A DNA stretch of 64,000 nucleotides, from the NCBI GenBank assembly GCA_016199935.1, contig JACQFS010000134.1, forward strand, positions 28,519-92,518, in the 5' to 3' direction. Source of the stretch: Verrucomicrobiota bacterium (GTDB taxonomy: Bacteria > Verrucomicrobiota > Verrucomicrobiia > Limisphaerales > JACQFS01). The translations under genes and the position numbers were made by a program. Positions 51,926-59,435 of the stretch are shown here, piece after piece. Below the pieces are notes generated by a model. It did not search any database. It saw nothing but the letters and a program-made list of their open reading frames with translations, and was not told where the DNA came from. Positions within the stretch are counted from its first letter, which is position 1. Every line of letters begins with the position of its first letter.

Positions 51926-52978
51926 CTACTTCATCAACTCGCGCTGCCAGTTCATCAGCTCGGCGGAATGCTTTTCCCAATCCTGCGCCAGTTCGAGCAG
52001 CGTGGCCTTGGGCGCGATGAGCGTGGCGTCAATGCCGAGCTCCTTCGCGCGGCGGTCACGGATGGCCTTGAGCTTGTCGCAGCGGCGCAGGTCGGCTTCG
52101 CTGGGGCGCTTGCCGGTGTGCTTCGCGCGCTCGGGCCATTCCTCGGCGGGCAACGCAAGGGCGCGGTGGATGATGTCCACGAGCCGGTCGCGGCGGCCGG
52201 GCCGGACGTGGTGCGGAATCGGCAGCTCGATCTCATCGTTGGCGGCGGCGATGGCGAGCTCGAGCAGCGCCTCGTGGCTGAGGACGAAGAACGGCGGGCG
52301 GTTCGCGGCGATGGCCTCCTGCTCGCGCCAGTGCCAGAGTTCGCGCAGCACGGCGAGCCCACGCGGGTCGAGCGGAAAGCAGCCCTTGATGCGCCAGACC
52401 TCGTCGGGATTTTCCTCGGATGCCACGGAGCAGTCGCGGATGAGCCGGGCGCAAATTTCGGCGTGCCACTCGAGCCGGCCCTTTTCCTTCAGCGCGGCGC
52501 GGAGTTTGCCGACGATCTCGTGGAGGTAATGAGTGTCGTGGCGGGCGTAGTTCGCCATCCGGTCGGTGAGCGGGCGGCGTGCCCAGTCGGCCTTCTGCGG
52601 GCCCTTGTCGAGCTTCACGCCGAGGAATTTCTCCGCGAGGTTCACGAGGCCGAACTGCGTTTCGCCGAGCAGTCGCGCGGCGGGCATGGTGTCGAAAATT
52701 TTTCCGGGGACGTAATTGTAGCCGCGCCGGAGCAGGCGGAGGTCGTAGTCGGCGCCGTGCATGAGCAGCTCGTGCTTGCTGAGGGCGGCGAGCAGCGGCG
52801 CGAGGTCGAGCCGCGCGAGCGGGTCAATCAGCACGTCGCGCCCCGGGATGCTGATCTGCATGAGGCAGATCTTCTCGGGGTAGGCGTGCAGGCTGTCGGC
52901 CTCGGTATCGAAGGCCAACCACGGGGCGGAGGAAAGCTGGGGCAGGAACTCTGCCAGCCGGGTGTCCGTATCAATCAC
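51926..52978 (-). CDS. rnd: Ribonuclease D (DEDD 3'-5' exonuclease + HRDC)
   Basis: AFDTEADSLHAY (ExoI), MHGADYDLRLL (ExoII), YARHDTHYL (ExoIII), then an HRDC-like tail. GTG start at 52978. Confidence 0.85.
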   Translation of the reverse strand: MIDTDTRLAEFLPQLSSAPWLAFDTEADSLHAYPEKICLMQISIPGRDVLIDPLARLDLAPLLAALSKHELLMHGADYDLRLLRRGYNYVPGKIFDTMPAARLLGETQFGLVNLAEKFLGVKLDKGPQKADWARRPLTDRMANYARHDTHYLHEIVGKLRAALKEKGRLEWHAEICARLIRDCSVASEENPDEVWRIKGCFPLDPRGLAVLRELWHWREQEAIAANRPPFFVLSHEALLELAIAAANDEIELPIPHHVRPGRRDRLVDIIHRALALPAEEWPERAKHTGKRPSEADLRRCDKLKAIRDRRAKELGIDATLIAPKATLLELAQDWEKHSAELMNWQRELMK

Positions 52979-53060
52979 AGCGGGCGTTCATGCCAGAAAC
53001 GGCGGGGGAGTTGAAGGAGAAAGAACGGCGGATGACCACTCCGCAGCGGGGCGTTTGAAT

Positions 53061-53145
53061 TCAACGCAAAGGCGCAAAGACGCGGGAAGAGCAAATGAAA
53101 CGAAGCCCAACTTCCTCCGCTTGCGCCTTTGCGTCTTTGTGTTGA
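53061..53145. repeat. Imperfect inverted repeat built from 8-bp-periodic CGCAAAGN words, in the rnd / acyl-CoA-ligase divergent spacer
   Basis: Left arm TCAACGCAAAGGCGCAAAGACGCGGGAAG (53061-53089). Reverse complement of the right arm (53111-53145) is TCAACACAAAGACGCAAAGGCGCAAGCGGAGGAAG. Related words recur at 48185-48218. Confidence 0.6.
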
Positions 53146-53158
53146 AAAATTCCTTCCG

Positions 53159-54715
53159 ATGGCGGGGGTTCCAGCTAAAGGGTGGACACCGAACGGCGTT
53201 GTCGTTTCAATCGCGCCCATCAAGACGCCCTACGAGCACGACAATCTGCACGCCGCCTTGGCCGCGACCGTCGCGCGCGCACCGGGGAAGGTGGCGGTGA
53301 CCTGGGGCGACGAGGCGTTCACCTACGCGCGGGTTGCGGCGCAGGCGCTCGCGCTCGCGGCGAAATTGCGCGCCGAGTTCGGCGTGCGCGCCGGCGACCG
53401 GGTCGCGGTGTGGGTGAAAAATTGCCCGCAGTTTCCGTCGGCCGTCTTCGGCGTGTGGCAGGCGGGCGGCGCGGTGGTGATGGTCAGCAATTTCCTCAAG
53501 CCCGACGAGGTGGCCTACATTCTCGGGGACTCCGGCGCGAACGTCGTGCTCTCCGACCACAGCCTCGCCGAGCCGCAGGCGAAGCTGCGCGCGCTGCGGC
53601 CGGAGCTGCGCTTCGCTTTCATCGAAGACTTTTCCGACGAGGCTCCCGCCGATTTCTCCCCGGCCACGCAGACGAAGGCCGACCTCGCCGCCTTGCTCTA
53701 CACCTCGGGCACCACGGGCCGGCCCAAGGGCGCGATGCTCACGCACGGAAATTTTCTGCACAACGTCACGAGCTGCCTCACCGCGCTCGATGTCCACGAG
53801 ACCGACCGCATCGTGGTGCTGCTGCCGCAGTTTCACAGCTTCATGTTCACCGTGGGCACGCTGCTGCCGCTACTGGCGGGCGCGGGCGTGCTGCTGCTCA
53901 AGACGCTCCATCCCTTCAAGCACGTGCTGGAGGAAATCGCGCGCCATGGCGGGACGCTGCTGCCGGCGGTGCCGTCGTTTTACCGGACGGTGTGCGCGGT
54001 GCCGGAGTTCGGGAAACTGCCGCTGCGCCTGTGCATCAGCGGCGGCGCGCCGTTGCCGCTGGAGGTGTTCAAGGAGTTCACGGCGAAATTTTCCTTCCGC
54101 CTCCGCGAAGGCTACGGGCCGACCGAGAGCAGCCCGGTCGCGACGGTCAATCCCATCTTCGGCGAGAACCGCCCCGGGTCGGTGGGCGTGGCGATTCCGA
54201 ATGTGGAGTTGAGCATCCGCGACGAGGCCGGCGGTGAGCTGCCCATCGGCGCGAAGGGGGAGCTTTGCATCCGCGGCGGCAACGTGATGCGCGGCTACTG
54301 GAACCAGCCGGAGGAAACGGCGAAGACCATCCGCGACGGCTGGCTCTACACCGGCGACGTGGGCCACCGCGACGCCGACGGCTATTTTTTCATCACCGAC
54401 CGCAAGAAGGATATGCTGCTGGTCAACGGCCTCAATGTTTATCCGCGCGAGGTCGAGGAGGTCATCCACCAGTTTCCCGGCATCAAGGAGGCGGCGGTGA
54501 TCGGCGTGCCGGACGCGCGGCGCGGCGAGGCGCCGGTGGCGTTCGTGGCGCTGACCGAGGGCGCGGCGCTGGCGGAAAAGGAGCTGCTCCACTTCCTACG
54601 CGAGCGGCTGGCGGACTACAAGGTGCCGCGGCAGGTGAACGTGCTGCCCGCGCTGCCGCGCAACGCGACGGGGAAAATCCTCAAGACCAGTCTGCGGGAG
54701 ATGGTGAAGGGCTGA
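53159..54715 (+). CDS. AMP-dependent acyl-CoA synthetase / long-chain fatty-acid-CoA ligase
   Basis: AMP-binding motif LLYTSGTTGRPKGAMLTHGN; GYGPTESSP; YTGDVGHRDADGYFFITDRKKDML; C-terminal PRNATGKILK. Confidence 0.9.
   Translation: MAGVPAKGWTPNGVVVSIAPIKTPYEHDNLHAALAATVARAPGKVAVTWGDEAFTYARVAAQALALAAKLRAEFGVRAGDRVAVWVKNCPQFPSAVFGVWQAGGAVVMVSNFLKPDEVAYILGDSGANVVLSDHSLAEPQAKLRALRPELRFAFIEDFSDEAPADFSPATQTKADLAALLYTSGTTGRPKGAMLTHGNFLHNVTSCLTALDVHETDRIVVLLPQFHSFMFTVGTLLPLLAGAGVLLLKTLHPFKHVLEEIARHGGTLLPAVPSFYRTVCAVPEFGKLPLRLCISGGAPLPLEVFKEFTAKFSFRLREGYGPTESSPVATVNPIFGENRPGSVGVAIPNVELSIRDEAGGELPIGAKGELCIRGGNVMRGYWNQPEETAKTIRDGWLYTGDVGHRDADGYFFITDRKKDMLLVNGLNVYPREVEEVIHQFPGIKEAAVIGVPDARRGEAPVAFVALTEGAALAEKELLHFLRERLADYKVPRQVNVLPALPRNATGKILKTSLREMVKG
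54647..54715. repeat. Direct repeat copy 1 (last 22 codons + stop of the acyl-CoA ligase gene)
   Basis: 64 of 69 positions are identical to 55380-55448 by hand alignment. Confidence 0.9.
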
Positions 54716-54721
54716 GAACCT

Positions 54722-55051
54722 CTAAAGTCCGCGCGTCGTCACGTCAGCGGCGGCATCGTTCGAAACCTTCTTTCCAACCAGTTGGCGTGACACAATCAGG
54801 GCGAATAGAAGCCCCAAAACAAAACCTCGGACCAATGACAAATAACCCCACAAATGCGTCGACGACACGGGTAGTGTGATCCCCAAGTCTGATGCGAAGC
54901 CGTAGAGGGCCAGAAGGAAGACCGACACAGCGACAGCGAAAAACAACCAACGCGCCCAGGATGAACGGCATCGTGAGCTAACAAATGGTCCCACGAAAAA
55001 AGTAATCGCAGCGATCAAGTAGAGCGTGTGAATGATTGGCTTCATATTCAT
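54722..55051 (-). CDS. Small hypothetical membrane protein (3-4 predicted TM helices), low GC
   Basis: ORF 54722..55090. Hydrophobic stretches IIHTLYLIAAITFFVGPFV, WLFFAVAVSVFLLALYGF, LWGYLSLVRGFVLGLLFALIV. GC about 50% (30/60 in line 54781). ATG at 55051 or 55045. Confidence 0.45.
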   Translation of the reverse strand: MNMKPIIHTLYLIAAITFFVGPFVSSRCRSSWARWLFFAVAVSVFLLALYGFASDLGITLPVSSTHLWGYLSLVRGFVLGLLFALIVSRQLVGKKVSNDAAADVTTRGL

Positions 55052-55105
55052 AGAGATCTTGCACAGCTCAACGGCTGAGAGCTGAGACACGCCGCGCGGG
55101 CCGCT

Positions 55106-55342
55106 TCAATTCCTCGCCGAGGACGACGAACGGCCGCGCGGGAGGAGTCGCAGTTTGCTGATCTGCTCCACGTCGAGGATGTGGAGATGGTCTTTCGGGT
55201 CCACCACGATGAGCGTGGTCCGGCCCTCGGCGAAAACCGCTTGCTCCGGGTGCCGCAGGACGATGACCTCGCCATCAATCCGCAACTCGAAGGCGCGGAA
55301 CGGGCGCTTGTTCAGCGCGGCTTCCAGATTGGTCAGCTTCAT
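55106..55342 (-). CDS. Small hypothetical protein (78 aa)
   Basis: ATG 55342 gives MKLTNLEAALNKRPFRAFELRIDGEVIVLRHPEQ..., with G/C-rich third positions. The same frame stays open upstream to ATG 55771 (221 aa), through the duplicated ligase tail and the 21-bp array, so a longer product cannot be excluded. Confidence 0.45.
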   Translation of the reverse strand: MKLTNLEAALNKRPFRAFELRIDGEVIVLRHPEQAVFAEGRTTLIVVDPKDHLHILDVEQISKLRLLPRGRSSSSARN

Positions 55343-55379
55343 GGCCGAGAAACTATCAGGCGGTCCGGAACACCGCAAC

Positions 55380-55448
55380 CCCGCGCTGCCGCGCAACGCG
55401 ACTGGGAAAATCCTCAAGACCAGTCTGCGGGAGATGGCGAAGGGGTAG
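55380..55448. repeat. Direct repeat copy 2 (orphan copy of the acyl-CoA ligase 3' end, ends in TAG)
   Basis: Would encode PALPRNATGKILKTSLREMAKG*, versus ...REMVKG* in the real gene. No upstream ligase sequence is attached. Confidence 0.9.
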
Positions 55449-55495
55449 CGGACGGCTGCCCAAGCGGAGGTGTGTTGCGAGCCGCCCATCCGGGC

Positions 55496-55747
55496 GAACG
55501 GGCGGGCCGGGCGCACGAACGGCTCGTCCGTTGGGACGAACGGATGGTCCGTTCGTGCCAACGGATCATCCGTCAGGACAAACGGGCCGTCCGTTCGTGC
55601 GAACGGCTCATCCGTCCGGACGAACGGACCGTCCGTTCGTGCCAACGGATCGTCCGTCCGGACGATCGGGCCGGCCGGGCGCACGAACGGCTCGTCCGTT
55701 GGGACGAACGGATGATCCGTCAGGGCCAACGGATCGCCCGTCAGGCC
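55496..55747. repeat. Tandem array of 12 x 21-bp dyad-symmetric units with a 168-bp higher-order repeat
   Basis: Units start at 55496, 55517, 55538 ... 55727 (exact 21-bp phasing). Cores are AACGG-N-CCGTT or ACGGA-N3-TCCGT. Unit 2 equals unit 10, and units 1-4 resemble units 9-12. No spacers. Confidence 0.95.
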
Positions 55748-56143
55748 CGCCCAACCCTCGAAAATGCCCATTTTCCGACATTTTGGACGGCCCGGCGCCG
55801 GGTCGTCCCCGGCCGCGTGCAGCGGCCGGAACGATAGCCAAGGGCCGACACCGGGACCGGGGATTCCGTCGCCTGACGCTGCGCTCGGCGACGGGGACCA
55901 GCCAGCGGCTGGTCCCTACCTGGCCACGCTGGCCGATCTGCTGACCGTGGCGAACAAGGTCAACGAGTTCATCCTCGCGGCGCGGCAGCAAAGGCCCGGT
56001 TTTTCACCCCAAATGGCCCGCAAAGAGGCGGTCGGGCGCGGCCTTTTCCTTCCCATGCCCTTTCCCGGTTGACTGCCGGGGGGCGGCCAGTAGGCTCTCA
56101 CGCACTTTGAGAGGGCGTTCGTGCGCTCTCCGGAAGGAAATTT

Positions 56144-56329
56144 ATGCCCGAAGCCTACTGTGTTAAATGCAAAGCCAAGCGGGAAATGACCGACGCGGCT
56201 GAGGAAACCATGAAGAACGGGCGCAAAGCCGTCAAAGGCAAGTGCCCGACGTGCGGCACCGTGATGTTCAAAATCCTCGGCGGCAAGGCCACGCCCCCGA
56301 CCACTCCGCCCGCCGCGCCCCAAGCCTGA
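56144..56329 (+). CDS. Small zinc-ribbon protein (DUF5679-like)
   Basis: GGAAGGA 7 nt upstream of the ATG. MPEAYCVKCKAKREM...MKNGRKAVKGKCPTCGTVMFKILG has paired CxxC motifs matching my recollection of the DUF5679 pattern. Pro/Thr/Ala tail. Confidence 0.7.
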   Translation: MPEAYCVKCKAKREMTDAAEETMKNGRKAVKGKCPTCGTVMFKILGGKATPPTTPPAAPQA

Positions 56330-56333
56330 TTTC

Positions 56334-57506
56334 ATGTCGCAACAACTTGCCTACGTCATCATCACCCCCTACACGCTGTCCAAGTCACGGACGGGAGGGG
56401 TCATCGCCCGGCTCATCACGCGCACCGGGCTGGACCTGTGCGGTGCGCGGATGTTCGCCCCGAGTGCCGAGCTGGTGAAGCAATACGCGGAGGCCACGGT
56501 CTCCGCCAACGATCCGCAGGACCGGAAAATTCAGGAGCAGATCCGGGATTACATCCTCCAAAACCTTTCGCCCGACCCGAAGACCGGCCGTCGCCGGCGC
56601 GTGATGATGCTGATCTTCCGCGGCGAGGATGCGGTGCGCAAAGTCCGCTCCGTGGTCGGCAACATCACCGGCAACCGCCGTGGCGGCGAAAGCATCCGCG
56701 ACACGTTCGGCGATTACGTGACGGATGAAAGCGGCAACGTGCGCTACTTCGAGCCCGCCGTGCTCGCCGCGCCGAACGCCGAGGAGTGTGAGGCGAAGCT
56801 CAAGCTCTGGACGCGTTACTCGGACACCGACGGCGGCACGATGGACAACACGCTCACCTACGCCACGGACGAGAAGCCGCAGCGCACGCTGGTGCTGATC
56901 AAGCCGGACAATTTCAAGTTCCCGACTGGCCGGCCCGGCAACGTGATTGATTTCTTCAGCCGCACCGGCCTCTACATCGTGGCGATCAAGGTCCACCGCA
57001 TGAGCACGGCGCAGGCGATGGAGTTCTACGGACCGGTGCGCGAAGTTCTGCGCACGAAGCTCAAGGACGTGGTCTCGGGCAAGGCGAAGGCCGCGGTCGA
57101 GAAGGAGCTGGGCTTCGCGATTCCGGCCGACGCGCAGAAGCAGCTCGGCGACGTGCTCGGGCCGCTGTTCGGCGACAACCAGTTCGACAACATCGTGCGC
57201 TTCATGTCGGGCCGCTCGGAGAAGGAATGCCCGCCCGCCGAGTTGAACCAGCCCGGCAGCGAGAAGTGCATCGCGCTCGTGTATGAAGGCGTGGACGCGG
57301 TGAACAAAATCCGCGACGTGCTCGGTCCGACGGACCCGTCGAAGGCGCCGCCCGGCTCGATCCGGCGCGAGTTCGGCTCGAACATCATGGTGAACGCCGC
57401 CCACGCGAGCGACGCGCCCGAAAACGCGCAGCGCGAGATGGGCATCGTGAAGGTGGAGGAGAACACCTTCCGCCGGGCGGTGGAGGAAGTTTACGGGAAG
57501 GTCTAG
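56334..57506 (+). CDS. Tandem nucleoside-diphosphate-kinase-like protein (degenerate N-domain + His-containing C-domain with a large insert)
   Basis: C-domain: TLVLIKPDNF, GPTDPSKAPPGSIRREFG, NAAHASDAPENAQREM (NDK active-site His context). The N-domain has the same fold pattern (LAYVIITPYT...SIRDTFG) but no His at the equivalent position. Confidence 0.75.
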   Translation: MSQQLAYVIITPYTLSKSRTGGVIARLITRTGLDLCGARMFAPSAELVKQYAEATVSANDPQDRKIQEQIRDYILQNLSPDPKTGRRRRVMMLIFRGEDAVRKVRSVVGNITGNRRGGESIRDTFGDYVTDESGNVRYFEPAVLAAPNAEECEAKLKLWTRYSDTDGGTMDNTLTYATDEKPQRTLVLIKPDNFKFPTGRPGNVIDFFSRTGLYIVAIKVHRMSTAQAMEFYGPVREVLRTKLKDVVSGKAKAAVEKELGFAIPADAQKQLGDVLGPLFGDNQFDNIVRFMSGRSEKECPPAELNQPGSEKCIALVYEGVDAVNKIRDVLGPTDPSKAPPGSIRREFGSNIMVNAAHASDAPENAQREMGIVKVEENTFRRAVEEVYGKV

Positions 57507-57527
57507 GCCGGCTTCCAGAATTTCGTG

Positions 57528-57560
57528 AGCGGCGGTCAGGTGACCGCCGCTTTTGCTTTG
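57528..57560 (+). terminator. Intrinsic terminator after the NDK-like gene
   Basis: Perfect 10-bp stem AGCGGCGGTC / GACCGCCGCT with loop AGGT, followed by TTTTGCTTTG. It lies 22 nt after the stop at 57506. Confidence 0.75.
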
Positions 57561-57962
57561 TCAGCCCCAGAGCGAGGTGTTGCTCCGCAGCTTCTCCAGC
57601 AGCCGCGCGTCCGCGGCAGGAAACTCGTAGTCGGCCAATTCCCCCGCCGTCACCCACGCGACCGCGTGGCAGCCGAGCGGCTGCGGCTCGCCGGATTCCA
57701 GCGCGCAGCGGAAAAATTCCAGATGCACCGACTTTTCCGGGTAATCGTGTGCGATGGATTCGATGACCTCGCCGACGCGCACCTCGATGCCGAGTTCCTC
57801 GCGCAGTTCGCGCCGCAGACATTCAGCGAAGCTCTCGCCCGCCTCGCGTTTGCCGCCGGGAAATTCCCACAGCCCGCCCAGATGCGCGCCGGGCTTGCGC
57901 TGGGTGATGAGGAGTTTGCCACTGCGAAAGACGAGGCCGGCGGCGACTTCGATGCGGGTCAT
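57561..57962 (-). CDS. mutT: Nudix hydrolase, MutT-like (8-oxo-dGTP diphosphatase type)
   Basis: ATG 57962. Nudix box GGKREAGESFAECLRRELREELGI. 133 aa. Confidence 0.8.
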   Translation of the reverse strand: MTRIEVAAGLVFRSGKLLITQRKPGAHLGGLWEFPGGKREAGESFAECLRRELREELGIEVRVGEVIESIAHDYPEKSVHLEFFRCALESGEPQPLGCHAVAWVTAGELADYEFPAADARLLEKLRSNTSLWG

Positions 57963-58035
57963 GCGTAATCCGTAATGAGCAATGCGCAAGCCGGCAAGCT
58001 CACTCGCGCATTACGGATTACTCCTTACTCCTTAC
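57963..58035. repeat. Palindromic element of the GTAAGGA/GTAATCC heptamer family (copy 1), between ugd and mutT
   Basis: Perfect 13-bp stem 57965-57977 (GTAATCCGTAATG) with 58009-58021 (CATTACGGATTAC). The right arm continues as TCCTTACTCCTTAC and overlaps the ugd stop codon. Confidence 0.8.
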
Positions 58036-59321
58036 CGTCCGACGCTCTTGTAAATCCACCCCATCGCCTCCATCTCGCGCGGATCGAACAGATTCCGGCC
58101 GTCGAACATGATCGGGTGCGTGAGCGCCTTGCGCGCGCGGTCGAGGTCGAGCTTCTTGAACTCCGGCCACTCGGTTGCGATCACCACGGCGTCGCAGCCG
58201 TCGGCGATGGCGTTCATGTCGTCCACGTAGGTGGCGTTCTTCAGGACTTCCTTCGCCTTCTCCATCGCCTTGGGATCATACACGCGCAGACTCGCGCCCT
58301 CCTTGATGAGCCGCTGGCAAAGCTCGATCGCGGGCGACATGCGCACGTCGTCGGTGTTCTGCTTGAACGCGAGGCCGAGCACGCCGATTTTCTTGTCCTT
58401 GAGCACCCAGAGCGTGTCGCGAATCTTGCCGAGGAAACGATCCATCTGGTCCGCGTTGATCTGCACGACCTCCTTCAGCAGCGCGAAGTCATAGCCGAGC
58501 GTCTCGGAAATTTTGATGAAGGCGCTGAGGTCCTTCGGGAAGCAGGAGGCGCCGAAGGCGAGGCCGGCATGGAGGAAACGGCGGCCGATGCGGATGTCCA
58601 TGCCCATGCCGGTGGCGACCTCCTCGACATTCGCGCCGGACGCCTCGCAGATGTTCGCCACGGCGTTGATGTAGGAAATCTTCAGCGCGAGGAAGGAATT
58701 GGCGGCGTGCTTGATGAGCTCGGCCGAGTTGATGTCGGTCACGATGATCGGCGCGTTGAACGGCGTGTAAACGTCTTTCATCGCCTGCACCGGCCGCTGC
58801 GAGCGCACGCCGATGACGACGCGGTCGGGCTTCATCAGGTCCTCGACGGCGAAGCCCTCGCGGAGGAACTCCGGGTTGCTGATCACGTCGAACTCCACCT
58901 TGGCCTTGCAGTAGCGTTTGATGGTCTCGGCCACCTTGTCGCCGGTCTTCACGGGCACGGTGGACTTGTCCACGATGATCTTGTAGCTCGTCATCGCGCT
59001 GGCGATGTCACGCGCGACCGTCTCGATGAAGCTCAGGTCCACCGAGCCGTCCGGCTGCGGCGGCGTGGGCACGGCGATGAAGATCACGTCCGACTTCTCG
59101 ACACCCTCCTTGGTGCTGCTGGTGAAACTGAGCCGGCCGGCGGCGACATTTTTCTTCACCATCTCCTCGAGACCCGGCTCGTAGATGGGGATGCCGCCCG
59201 CGCGGAGCATCTGGACTTTCTTCTCGTTGTTGTCCACGCAGACGACCTTGTGGCCGACCTCCGCGAAGCAGGTGCCCGTGACGAGGCCGACGTAGCCGGT
59301 GCCGATGATGGTAAGTTTCAT
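58032..59321 (-). CDS. ugd: UDP-glucose 6-dehydrogenase
   Basis: ATG 59321 gives MKLTIIGTGYVGLVTGTCFAEVGHKVVCVD (Rossmann). FIAVPTPP; GASCFPKDL (catalytic Cys); GLAFKQNTDDVR. Confidence 0.9.
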   Translation of the reverse strand: MKLTIIGTGYVGLVTGTCFAEVGHKVVCVDNNEKKVQMLRAGGIPIYEPGLEEMVKKNVAAGRLSFTSSTKEGVEKSDVIFIAVPTPPQPDGSVDLSFIETVARDIASAMTSYKIIVDKSTVPVKTGDKVAETIKRYCKAKVEFDVISNPEFLREGFAVEDLMKPDRVVIGVRSQRPVQAMKDVYTPFNAPIIVTDINSAELIKHAANSFLALKISYINAVANICEASGANVEEVATGMGMDIRIGRRFLHAGLAFGASCFPKDLSAFIKISETLGYDFALLKEVVQINADQMDRFLGKIRDTLWVLKDKKIGVLGLAFKQNTDDVRMSPAIELCQRLIKEGASLRVYDPKAMEKAKEVLKNATYVDDMNAIADGCDAVVIATEWPEFKKLDLDRARKALTHPIMFDGRNLFDPREMEAMGWIYKSVGR

Positions 59322-59435
59322 TCTTGTTCGTGATTGCGATGCGTTAAACGTTCCGTTCCAAACGTTGCGAATTGCGAAACCAGCTAGTCCCGTGCCGAAA
59401 AACCACGCGCCCGGCATTTGGGCCGGCGACCGCGC

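Noticed and set aside
55496-55747. The 21-bp repeat array as a CRISPR locus.
   Set aside because: The units are contiguous with no unique spacers, the repeat length is below typical CRISPR repeats, and no cas genes are in the window.
55181-55944. Plus-strand ORFs across the array and cassette (55181..55837, 55470..55715, 55531..55944) as genes.
   Set aside because: 55181..55837 is antisense to the better-supported 78-aa gene. The others are open only because the palindromic repeat lacks stops in most frames. There is no start context or motif.
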